18,174 bases of DNA from contig JBMGUZ010000056.1 of NCBI GenBank assembly GCA_051530055.1, positions 1 through 18,174 on the forward strand, read 5' to 3'. The position numbers and the translations under genes were made by a program. The stretch comes from Neoechinorhynchus agilis. Taxonomy: Eukaryota; Animalia; Acanthocephala. How positions within the stretch are numbered: position 1 is the stretch's first letter; each line of letters opens with the position of its first letter. The notes below the pieces were generated by a model. That model saw only the letters and a list, made by a program, of their open reading frames with translations. It did not search any database and was not told the DNA's origin. Below, in pieces: positions 10,178-18,174 of this stretch.

Positions 10178-11908
10178 TTGTTTGCCTCATTTTTTGTGAC
10201 CGTGGCGACGGGTAAAAGAGGAAATGCCGTAGTTCCATTAGAATTTGTATATCTCGCAGCACGGAAGGTTCAGAACGAAGAACTTAAGAATCAAATGGCG
10301 GATATTATTAAAAGAACAGCACTTTCTCCGACTCAGATGAAGTTTAATATTGATTCGAAATTAATGTATTTGCAATCAAAAAAGAACACCGAGTGTGCGA
10401 AATATCTTAAAGAATGGAGACTCGAAGTATCCGATCGTATGGCTGTAGTCGATGCCGGTCTTTTACCGATACCAATGATTTATCATTCTCAAGGTCAAAT
10501 AAAATATCAGAAGCATTATGGAGCCTGGAATGCCGGTAAAGAATTTTCATTCTTTAAAGGAGTTGGAAAAGACTTGACATGGTCTTATTACATTTTTCCG
10601 GATAATCTGTCAATAGACGAGGATAGCGTCCAGCAATTCTTAAAGAGACGGATTGAAACGGCACGAAGTTATGGAATCGATCTTGCTGAAAATGGACATC
10701 GTCATATTTGGCTTCGGGACGAATTTAGCGTTCAATTTCCTCGATATATCTTATCAGGAAATACTACAAAAGTGACATTCTTTTTTGCAAGACGGAACAA
10801 CTACCAATATTCAGCAGTTAAGTCTGCGGCGGAACCAATCAGCGGATCGATTACTCAGTTCATCACTGACAAAGCGATAAAAAGACGAGATAGGAGCGGT
10901 AATCCGGATGGTCAGGTGATCTTAAATATTTGTAACAAACTTTGTGCAAAGCTCGGCGGTTTTAACGTGAGTCTAACACGAAATCCAGTGCCATTTAAGT
11001 TTAATCCACAAATTGGAAATTACGGAATGACCATGTTTGTCGGCCTCGATGCTACCCATCGGGTTCTGAATAGTCAAGGACACCTTTGCCGAGTATCGAT
11101 AGCCGCCGTTGTAGCTTCGGTTGACTTTGTTCCTCATTCCAATGTTACCGAGATTTCCCTTCAGAAAAATCCTCAAGCTTCAAACTCAAGTATAGAAACT
11201 GTTTATAACTTAGAAACAATAATGCAAAGGATACTGGGAAAGTATCGAGAGCGAAACAAATGTTTGCCGGACCGAATCCTTTTGTACCGAGATGGCGTTT
11301 CCGATAATCAACTCGACTTAGTCAATCGATTCCAAGTCAATGGCATAATAGAAGCCTGTCGAAAAGATGGAATGGGTAACGAGATTAAACTCGGCGTCGT
11401 TGTCGTCCAGAAGCGGCATCATCTCCGAATGTTCCCTTCTGATCGAAGAGACGGCGATCGCAACGGAAATCATCTTCCCGGAACCGAATATTCCCCAGAA
11501 GTCTGCATGGATTCCATAGTCGATGCATTTCTGGTGAGCCACGCGGGAATCCAAGGAACATCGAGACCAACGCGGTACAGATTAATCTATGATTCTATTG
11601 GATTTAATGAGAATAATCTTATGCAAGTGACTTTTAATTTGTGCCATTTGTATGCTAAATGCTTTCGTTCAGTCTCAATCCCGGCACCTTGTTATTATGC
11701 CCACCACGTCGCTTTCCGGGCGAGACATTATGTAGAATTTTTGCAGCTCTGCGATCCAACAGTCCGAGATTATTTTTATGAAGATGATTTGGTTGTCAAA
11801 AATGGAGATGAAAAGGTGAGCCACGAAGTGAAGCCTACAGAGAAGAAATTGAAGTTCCTGATTTTGTCACTTAGCGATCGCCTGAGTGGTCTCTTGTACT
11901 TTTGTTAA
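10178..11908 (+). CDS. AGO: Argonaute end of PAZ + L2-MID-PIWI with intact DEDH slicer tetrad
   Basis: VVPLEF; MID pocket YSAVK, ITQF, NICNKLCAKLGG; PIWI FVGLDATH (D), SIETV (E), LYRDGVS (D), QKRHH, SHAGIQGTSRPTRY, RSVSIPAPCYYAHHVAFRAR (H); AGO-type C-terminus LYFC-stop. First ATG at 10295. Confidence 0.96.
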   Translation: MFASFFVTVATGKRGNAVVPLEFVYLAARKVQNEELKNQMADIIKRTALSPTQMKFNIDSKLMYLQSKKNTECAKYLKEWRLEVSDRMAVVDAGLLPIPMIYHSQGQIKYQKHYGAWNAGKEFSFFKGVGKDLTWSYYIFPDNLSIDEDSVQQFLKRRIETARSYGIDLAENGHRHIWLRDEFSVQFPRYILSGNTTKVTFFFARRNNYQYSAVKSAAEPISGSITQFITDKAIKRRDRSGNPDGQVILNICNKLCAKLGGFNVSLTRNPVPFKFNPQIGNYGMTMFVGLDATHRVLNSQGHLCRVSIAAVVASVDFVPHSNVTEISLQKNPQASNSSIETVYNLETIMQRILGKYRERNKCLPDRILLYRDGVSDNQLDLVNRFQVNGIIEACRKDGMGNEIKLGVVVVQKRHHLRMFPSDRRDGDRNGNHLPGTEYSPEVCMDSIVDAFLVSHAGIQGTSRPTRYRLIYDSIGFNENNLMQVTFNLCHLYAKCFRSVSIPAPCYYAHHVAFRARHYVEFLQLCDPTVRDYFYEDDLVVKNGDEKVSHEVKPTEKKLKFLILSLSDRLSGLLYFC

Positions 11909-11911
11909 TAG

Positions 11912-11917
11912 AATAAA
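11912..11917 (+). promoter_or_regulatory. Putative polyadenylation signal of Argonaute
   Basis: AATAAA 3 nt after the TAA stop. The hexamer is common in AT-rich DNA, so only its position supports the call. Confidence 0.4.
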
Positions 11918-12785
11918 TATTTTTAATATATTATCAAGAAATGATGTTTTCGGAGAATCGACCAAAGGTCTCGTTGAATCTTGATGTCTTTTTTGTTTAC
12001 TGGAAAGAGTTCAAGGAATAAAATGTGATCAGAATTTTACTCAGTCAATATTCTTTGACAACTGAGACCGATTTCTAGTCGTTTAAAAGAATAAAAATAT
12101 TTTGTAGTATTCGAAAAGGTACACGAAAAATATGAAGCAAAAAGGTTAAAGTCGCCCGTTTAATTATTAATAAAGATTTAACGTCGAGATTAATAATCTC
12201 AATGGCCACTTGTGAATGTGTCCGCAAAGATTAAATGTATTTCGAACCCTCTTACGGAGTTTCTTTATTGTTCAACCTCTCCCATTCAACAATTTATGTG
12301 CAATATAAAAGATTTTAGTGCAGATTTCCAACGATTCCGATCAGTATTTTCCCAACTTTTTAGCTTCTTAATAGCCACAGAGCTTGAGGTTCAAAAAAAT
12401 CTGCCCAAGTAATTTGCTTGCAGCTCAATCCTCGATTTTCGTTCACGCGATCCCCGGAGTTACTAAATTACATTTAAGCTTAAATATTCTTTTTTTGAAG
12501 CAATAAATTTGGATGGTTTTTACTTTCTAAAGGCATCCCAAGAAAAAACATAGCAATCATAATTTTAATCCAGAGGACAAAAATGGAAAACAAAGGGGAA
12601 TCAGATCAAAAGGAATGTAAAATACAGCAAATAAAACTTATTTGCAACACAAATTGTTTTGTTTTTGGCAAATCGAAGTGTTGATCATCAATCGATTTGT
12701 AAATATGCGCAAAGATAGTGAACGCCCTGTATTCTCTTAAGTGTAGAATCGACGTTGCTCAAATCATTATACCAAAGCGAAGACA

Positions 12786-14225
12786 TTGATCTTGAGAATC
12801 TTGAATCTAAACTCCACAACTCGACTACTAATGCAGTTCAATCAAAGTCCACATAACAACATTAAGGAAAAAAGTCTGGTGGAACTTGGCGTCGAGCTCC
12901 GAAATATGATCAATATTGGCATCAATAATGTCAATTGGATGTACGCGCGAGCTAATATCGGAGAGTTTATGAGGCGGCCAATAACAGCCAATGAAATTCG
13001 TGAATCGCGTATTTTAGAAATAATTGATGAAATGATGAATGAAAAAGGCAACGAGGAGATTATTCTGTCCCTTGAAAAAATCAAGTACAGATTGCAGGTA
13101 ATTCTCAAACGTGATGACAAGACTTCAAAAGTGGACCCTCAAATCGAAGCGGAAAAGATAAAATTAGAAAATGAGAAACGAGCGAACGACGAGTCCCAAG
13201 AGTACGAGGCAAAAAAAGCAAAGCTGTTAAAAAGATTGCCTAAAATAATTTTTAAGCCGACGATGCCTTCCAATCTCTCTAAAACGGATGAAGCTTCCGA
13301 AAGTGAAGTGGATGCCTCTTCGCAAATCAACGGTGAAGTTGAACAAAAAGCACCAACCGAATCCGGCAAAACTGCCGTTTATATGGGCGAAGGGCGTTGG
13401 ATTGAACGATACTCTACGGCTGTTTCAGGTTCACTAAAGTCCCTGCGTAAAAGACTGCATTGCGGATTGAACGAACAGTTTGCCGTGACCAACACTGCGT
13501 GGGTCCGTCAAATCCTTGCGAAGATTATCTTAAGAAATACAACTAAAGCTGAAATTGAAGAATCTGGGATTGTAGAAGTTATAGAAAAAATGGCCAAAAA
13601 TGAAAGTGATGAAGCCACAAGTAAAATTATTAAAGAAGTCCTGATAAAACTAAAGCAATTGTGCCGAAAAGCAGAAAAGAAAAAGGAATGCGATTTTACT
13701 AAAGATGCGACCAAATCTCGAAAGCGGAAATTAATTCATCCAGATGATTTCTTTGTCCGAGAAGCAAAAGTACATTCAGAAAAGAAGCTGCGGTCAACAA
13801 ATGATAAAAGTTCTTCGAACAAAAGAACTAAGAAATCTAGAGAAAAGATTGAAGTGAATGCAGAAATGAGCATGGAGCAACTCTGCGCCGTGCTGCGGAG
13901 AAACCTCGAGGAAGATTCGACGGTAAAGAACCAAGCGCTGGCAATACGAATATTTAAAGCCATGGCCCAGAAAAACATCACGCAAGATGATATCCGGGAT
14001 AATCAGCTTGGAAAACTTCTTCACGATGTTAAATTCAACATTAATAACGGACGCCATAGCAACCGAATCGATAAAATTACAATTAAAATGAGGGCTGCAT
14101 TTCCGATGCGTGGACGGTATTCCGTAGCGATGATGGCTACTGCGAGTTGTAACTCGCGGACGGAACCGCGGAAACGATCGGCTCCTGTGGACGAGGAAAT
14201 CGACAGGAAAAGGAAAGCTTCTTAG
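12786..14225 (+). CDS. Nuclear protein with three TFIIS N-terminal (TND/LW, LEDGF-IBD-like) helical repeats
   Basis: Uninterrupted 479-codon frame (first ATG 12831; the real start may be upstream). Three roughly 77-aa helical units (aa ~31-108, ~217-293, ~363-439) share [PN][IT]TxxE/DIxE/D[SN]x[IL]xxxI/L. They are separated by charged low-complexity linkers. NLS-like KSRKRKL and RKRSAP...RKRKAS. That the ORF is coding is well supported; the fold call is by eye. Confidence 0.65.
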   Translation: MILRILNLNSTTRLLMQFNQSPHNNIKEKSLVELGVELRNMINIGINNVNWMYARANIGEFMRRPITANEIRESRILEIIDEMMNEKGNEEIILSLEKIKYRLQVILKRDDKTSKVDPQIEAEKIKLENEKRANDESQEYEAKKAKLLKRLPKIIFKPTMPSNLSKTDEASESEVDASSQINGEVEQKAPTESGKTAVYMGEGRWIERYSTAVSGSLKSLRKRLHCGLNEQFAVTNTAWVRQILAKIILRNTTKAEIEESGIVEVIEKMAKNESDEATSKIIKEVLIKLKQLCRKAEKKKECDFTKDATKSRKRKLIHPDDFFVREAKVHSEKKLRSTNDKSSSNKRTKKSREKIEVNAEMSMEQLCAVLRRNLEEDSTVKNQALAIRIFKAMAQKNITQDDIRDNQLGKLLHDVKFNINNGRHSNRIDKITIKMRAAFPMRGRYSVAMMATASCNSRTEPRKRSAPVDEEIDRKRKAS

Positions 14226-14245
14226 GCATTGAATGCAGAAAATTC

Positions 14246-14251
14246 AATAAA
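14246..14251 (+). promoter_or_regulatory. Putative polyadenylation signal of the TND-repeat gene
   Basis: AATAAA 20 nt after the TAG stop. Confidence 0.4.
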
Positions 14252-15409
14252 ATTAAGAGCCTTCGTAAGTAAAGGCGCCGGGGGAAGATCTTTGCAATTT
14301 TTAGGTTTAAAATTGACCCAATAAATGTGAAATCATTGGAACGAAATTATTTTTGAATTCGAGAAAAAGAATAACGCAGGAAAATTGAATCTACATTTTT
14401 AAGATTGTCAAGAAAAATAAATTCTTGTGAATAAAATGACTATTGAGTTCATGTTTATTGATCAGCGGATTTTAGTAGTTTTCTAATCGTTGAAGGCGAC
14501 CGTCCATTGGAACAGTAAATAAAAAATTTAATGGCTTTCATTTTGTCCATTCCAAATGTTTAGAACTCACTGCTGCAATATTTATGAGTTATTAACAAAT
14601 AAGATTTTTTTGCTTAAACAAATCAACAAATTTCGTTCTATCTTCGATCTTGAAAAAATGCACTAATCAAGAACCATCCGAAAATGGTAATTTCGCTCCG
14701 GTCTTAACCAAGGTTTTTTGAATATTTCGTATGTCATCGACATTTGTCGAAAATTTTACAATTTTCGTGTGAACATAAAGTAAAGTAATAAAAGGAGACG
14801 ATCTTATGAAATAAAAAATGATGAGAAGTAATACAATTTTGTGATAATCTTGATATTGTTACTTTTTTGAGCGAAATAAACAATCAAATTGAAGTTGAGA
14901 CAGAAAATAATTATCGAAAACATATTTATGTTTAAGGGATTGATCATTAAAAACGTTAGATGGAAAAATGTAATTGTTTATTCGATTTTTTACGCTAGAC
15001 TTTGGTCCAATAATTCGTGAATCAGACTAAAAGAATATTCCACAAAATCCAATGAAGATCTTAGCGGAATAAAGGTTTGAAAGGAAGCAGAGAAAATTCA
15101 GTCCTAAAAAGAAATTCTTACCTACGGAAAATTTTTTTTGAACCTCCGATTTTATTGTTATCGTTATTTTCTTTTAGCATTATAAAAAATTAAGTAACAT
15201 CTCAAAAGCCTTTTGATTAATTCCGAATGCTCGAATATCGCTGGTTCAAAATAATTTTTTATCGAAATGTGCAGGTTCAACGAAAAAAAATAAATAAAAA
15301 TTAAAACTTAAAAATAGTACAAAAGTTATTTTAAACAACTCCAGGCTTCGAATTTTTGAATATTACAAGAAATCCGCCTTATTTCTATTTTTATAAACAA
15401 TTTCCGAGT

Positions 15410-15421
15410 AAAATTGAACAA
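15410..15421 (+). repeat. Candidate target-site duplication, left copy (AAAATTGAACAA)
   Basis: Lies immediately before the first homologous base of the CRE element and matches 17209-17220 at 11/12 positions. Confidence 0.6.
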
Positions 15422-17208
15422 GTCCCATCGCCGTATCTTCGACGATACGCCGACTCGCAGGAAAAATTCTCTGCAAACGTATTACAGAGAAAACCGGACA
15501 GCAACTTCGTCCAGTCCAACTGGGCTGCTGCACATCCTGCGGGGCGGAAGCTATTGTCCACTCGCTCCGAAACTTTGCTGCGAGAAGCTCAGAGCCGTGC
15601 GTGATTCTTAAGTGTGATTTTCGGAACGCCTTTAACTCTCTCAATAGAGAAACCATGTTCCGCGCAATTATTGATCATGTCCCAGAAGCCTTCCAGTATT
15701 TTCTCAATGCCTACGGGACGGCGACTCCTTTGCTTTTCGACTCGGTCCAATCGCATTCTCACTAACAGTAAATCCAATTGGCATTGAGCTCAATGCTGGA
15801 AAAATGTGAGCTCCTTGTATTGAATATTGGAGACGCCGCCAAAGTCAAAGAACTAATGGCTGGGTTCGAGGCCGTAGCTCCAGGTCTGAAACTCGTAACT
15901 CGGGAGCAACTCAGCCTCCTGGGCAGTTGCGTCTTCGATTCAAATGTGGAAGATGAGATCGGCCATATCATACCGAAACTTTCGTTGCTGTGCGATAGGG
16001 TGAGCGCTCTCTCGGCTAACGAAGCGTTTTTCTGATAAAGAACGCGCTCTTCATCCCCAAATTATTGTACAAGGTTCGCACAGCAACATTTTTCAAACAT
16101 AAGGAAGGATTGGCTAAGCTCGACGGCAAGGTGAGGGCTTGCCTCGAACGTATTTTAAATGTCCAGCTCTCAGATGAGGCGTGGCGACAAGCTTCTTTGC
16201 CTGTGTCATCTGGGGGATTGGGCGGCCTTTCTTGGATCGTTTGAGGGGAGCCTACCAGTCTCGAAGAACATTTTGAACGAAAAGTTCTGTCTTGACCGGG
16301 ATTTCGTGGTGGCAGTTGAAGAATGGTGCCAGCAGACAGGCGCTAACCATGTTCCCGTGAATGGCCTCAGACAGTCGATCTGGGACGGACCTCTTGTCGC
16401 GAGAGCTCACAGCTCTCTACTTTCAGGTTCTCGCGATGGGGTCGTCCGAGCTATATTGTTGGCAGTTTCGACACGAGAATCTGGGGCGTGGTTGGATGCT
16501 GTTCCTCTGGCATCAGTGGGAACTCTTCTTACTGATGAGGTAACGATGATCGCAGTGTCCTAAAGACTTGGTCTCCCGATATGCACGCCCCATCGCTGTC
16601 GATGTGGGTCTTTGGTTGATGCCTTCGGGCGACACGGTCTCGTCTGCAGAAGGTCAGTAGGAAGGTTCTCACGCCATTCTGAGATCAATAACGCAATTTC
16701 TCGGGCGTTGAGAACGACGAACTTCCCGAACATCTTGGAACCCGCCCACCTTTGTCGACTAGACGGCCGTAGCCCCGATGGAATTTCGATCTTTTCGGGG
16801 CGGGAGCAAATGCTTTCTCTGGGACGCCACGTCCCTCGCAGCCAGCAACATCCGCTACTCCCTCGAAATCGCCGGTGGTGCCGCCAGTGCAGCGGAAGGG
16901 AGGAAGGTACGAAAATATCTTCACTTATCGAGGGCTCACTATTTTGTCCCCTTTGGGGTGGAGACGTATGGAGCGCTCGGCAGCTCGGCACTCTGCTCCA
17001 GGATCTCTCGAAGAAATTGAGAGAAACGACCGGAGACTCAAGAGCAGGCGTATTCCTTCGACAAAATATCTCGCTAGCAGTACAACGGGGCAATGCTGCC
17101 AGCGTGATGGCGACGGTCGAGGAAGGACAAAAGCTGGAATTCGGCGGGAGGTGGTCAGTGTGCTTCAAACAGATTGTTTGAATTGTTAAAAATATATTAT
17201 TTAACAAA
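15422..17208 (+). mobile_element. CRE-clade non-LTR retrotransposon (RT + CCHC finger + restriction-like endonuclease), 5'-truncated, internally deleted, frameshifted
   Basis: PIAVSSTIRRLAGK, PVQLG...GAEAIVH, KCDFRNAFNSLNR, LGPIAFSL, GIELNAGKCE, LLGS, IPKLLY.VRT, WRQASLPVSSGGLG, SGAWL, LRLG, zinc finger CRCGSLVDAFGRHGLVC, RFSRHS, EP...DGRSPDG, WDAT, AEGRKVRKY, FVPFGVETYG, QRGNAASV. GC content rises sharply at 15422. Confidence 0.92.
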
Positions 17209-17220
17209 AAAATTGGACAA
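17209..17220 (+). repeat. Candidate target-site duplication, right copy (AAAATTGGACAA)
   Basis: Follows the short A/T-rich 3' tail of the CRE element and merges with an A-run. 11/12 identity to 15410-15421. Confidence 0.6.
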
Positions 17221-17754
17221 CAAAAATTCACTTGTTCCACAAACTAAATTAATTTTTAAGGTCAAAAATGTTTTATTGCTGCCAAATTCATATAGAAATG
17301 TGAAACGTGCCACTGCAATGTTGAAATAATTATTTCATCGCTGTCTTAAAATCACGAACTTCTTCTATTCCATCAAAAAAACGTGTTGTAAAAATTACAG
17401 ATCACAAAATTTGTCATTTTAATTTTAGATGCTGACTGAGAACGATTTCCATAGAACATCGCCAAGAATCCCAAATCGATTTGAGAAGCAAGTGGATAAT
17501 AACGATAGGGCGAAAATAGACGAGCGATTTAAGGCACTGGAAGGGAAAGTGAAGGAATTCTAGAAAGGGAACAAAATAACGAAAGAGATTTATTCCGAAG
17601 TAGAAGAGAAATTAATGTCATCTTTTGAAGACAAATCCTATAAAAACAACTTATCGAAAAATTTCATTAGTCCCGTTTTAAATCTTATAACAATAACATT
17701 TCTTTGAACTTTTCTCTCACTTGAGAGGTCGTTCTTTTCAGCACTGTCAGTTTT

Positions 17755-17975
17755 AGTCTTTGTTCTCCTTTCCCAGCGTCTTGAAATCTCCGTTCACACT
17801 GTCCTTCCACCTCTTTTTGGCCATCCCTCTTCTTTTCCCTCGAGCTCGATTCTCCATGCGAGGCGTCTTCATCTGCTTGTGTGACCTGAGGGTACCATCG
17901 CAATCCTGGTCATTTATTTTTTCACGAAACTGGGTCATGTTTGCTAGTTCATAGCAGTAAATATGATTCCTTCTT
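17755..17975 (-). mobile_element. RTE-clade LINE 3' fragment
   Basis: FREKIN.. + LRWYPQVTQADED (cf. RLRWYGHVMRRDE) + RARGKRRGMAKKRWKDSVNGDFKTLG (cf. RxRGRPKKRWxDxVxxDxxxLG). The pieces are in two frames. Confidence 0.75.
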
Positions 17976-18174
17976 CTTAAATCCTAGTCATCACCTAATG
18001 GAAACCTCTTGGGTTTCTCAAGAGGGTTACAATCAATTCTAAACAAAAATCTTTAAGTCAAATTACTCTTTCAAACAAAAAGTCCAAACTTTGCGTTACA
18101 TTGAAATCTTCAATGTCCATTTTCATCCCGAATTGTGGAATTGAAACAAACAAAAATCTTCATCGATGGATACA

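Larger units (their letters stand above)
9052..11908 (+). pseudogene. AGO: Argonaute (eukaryotic AGO clade) locus, intronless, disrupted in the N-terminal extension and PAZ; pseudogene, split gene or assembly error
   Basis: All domains are collinear: RG/Q-rich N-tail, RP...INYFPL, N domain, L1, PAZ, L2, MID, PIWI. Lesions: +1 in the T-run at 9213-9217, +1 in an A-run at 9286-9308, TAA 10128-10130, TAA 10149-10151, and -1 in the T-run at 10190-10195. The true start codon is not resolved. Confidence 0.93.

Noticed and set aside
9052-11960. Argonaute as a processed retrocopy, or as a prokaryotic Argonaute
   Set aside because: No poly(A) tract or TSD is visible after the gene. The motifs (SHAGIQGTSRP, CxRSVSIPAP.YYAH, KLGG) are eukaryotic AGO-clade.
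12190-12420. Minus-strand VAIKKLK (12361-12378) suggesting a kinase pseudogene between the AGO and TND genes
   Set aside because: No glycine-rich loop, HRD or DFG motif is recoverable, and there are several stops. Too weak to call.
14280-15409. AT-rich spacer searched for MITE TIRs, SL RNA, telomeric repeats, tRNA or arrays; small hairpin TCGACA-TT-TGTCGA near 14737-14750
   Set aside because: Only short palindromes expected by chance. No terminal inverted repeats, tandem array, CRISPR or RNA gene seen.
366-17240. Numerous 60-230 aa ORFs overlapping the integrase, RT, Argonaute, TND and CRE frames on the opposite strand or in other frames (e.g. 366-611, 775-1104, 9557-9961, 12842-14057 set, 16560-17240)
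   Set aside because: They are shadows of the real coding frames, with no independent motifs.
17460-17700. Charged, protein-like plus-strand frame (DERFKALEGKVKEF*KGNKITKEIYSEVEEKL)
   Set aside because: Short, interrupted and without a recognisable family motif.

Overview
AT-rich eukaryotic DNA that is mostly decayed retroelements around a small island of host genes. From left to right: (1) a near full-length but broken Ty3/gypsy (Mag-like) LTR element on the minus strand (1-4047), with PBS, gag, protease, RT, RNase H, an uninterrupted DDE integrase frame and a PPT; (2) a 5'-truncated RTE-like LINE (minus); (3) a second gypsy RT/RNase H fragment (plus); (4) a probable MFS/SLC22-type transporter relic; (5) an intronless AGO-clade Argonaute whose lesions all lie in the N-terminal extension and PAZ, while N-L1 and L2-MID-PIWI (DEDH tetrad intact) remain two clean ORFs; (6) an intact, intronless 479-aa ORF with three apparent TFIIS-N-terminal/LEDGF-IBD-like helical repeats; (7) a 5'-truncated, internally deleted CRE-clade LINE with a candidate 12-bp TSD; (8) another RTE 3' fragment. 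All assignments come from motif recognition and hand translation, with no database search. The organism cannot be identified from this window. The top candidates for novelty are the possible split/PAZ-less Argonaute and its triple-TND neighbour. The simpler explanation (young pseudogene or local assembly error) is not excluded.
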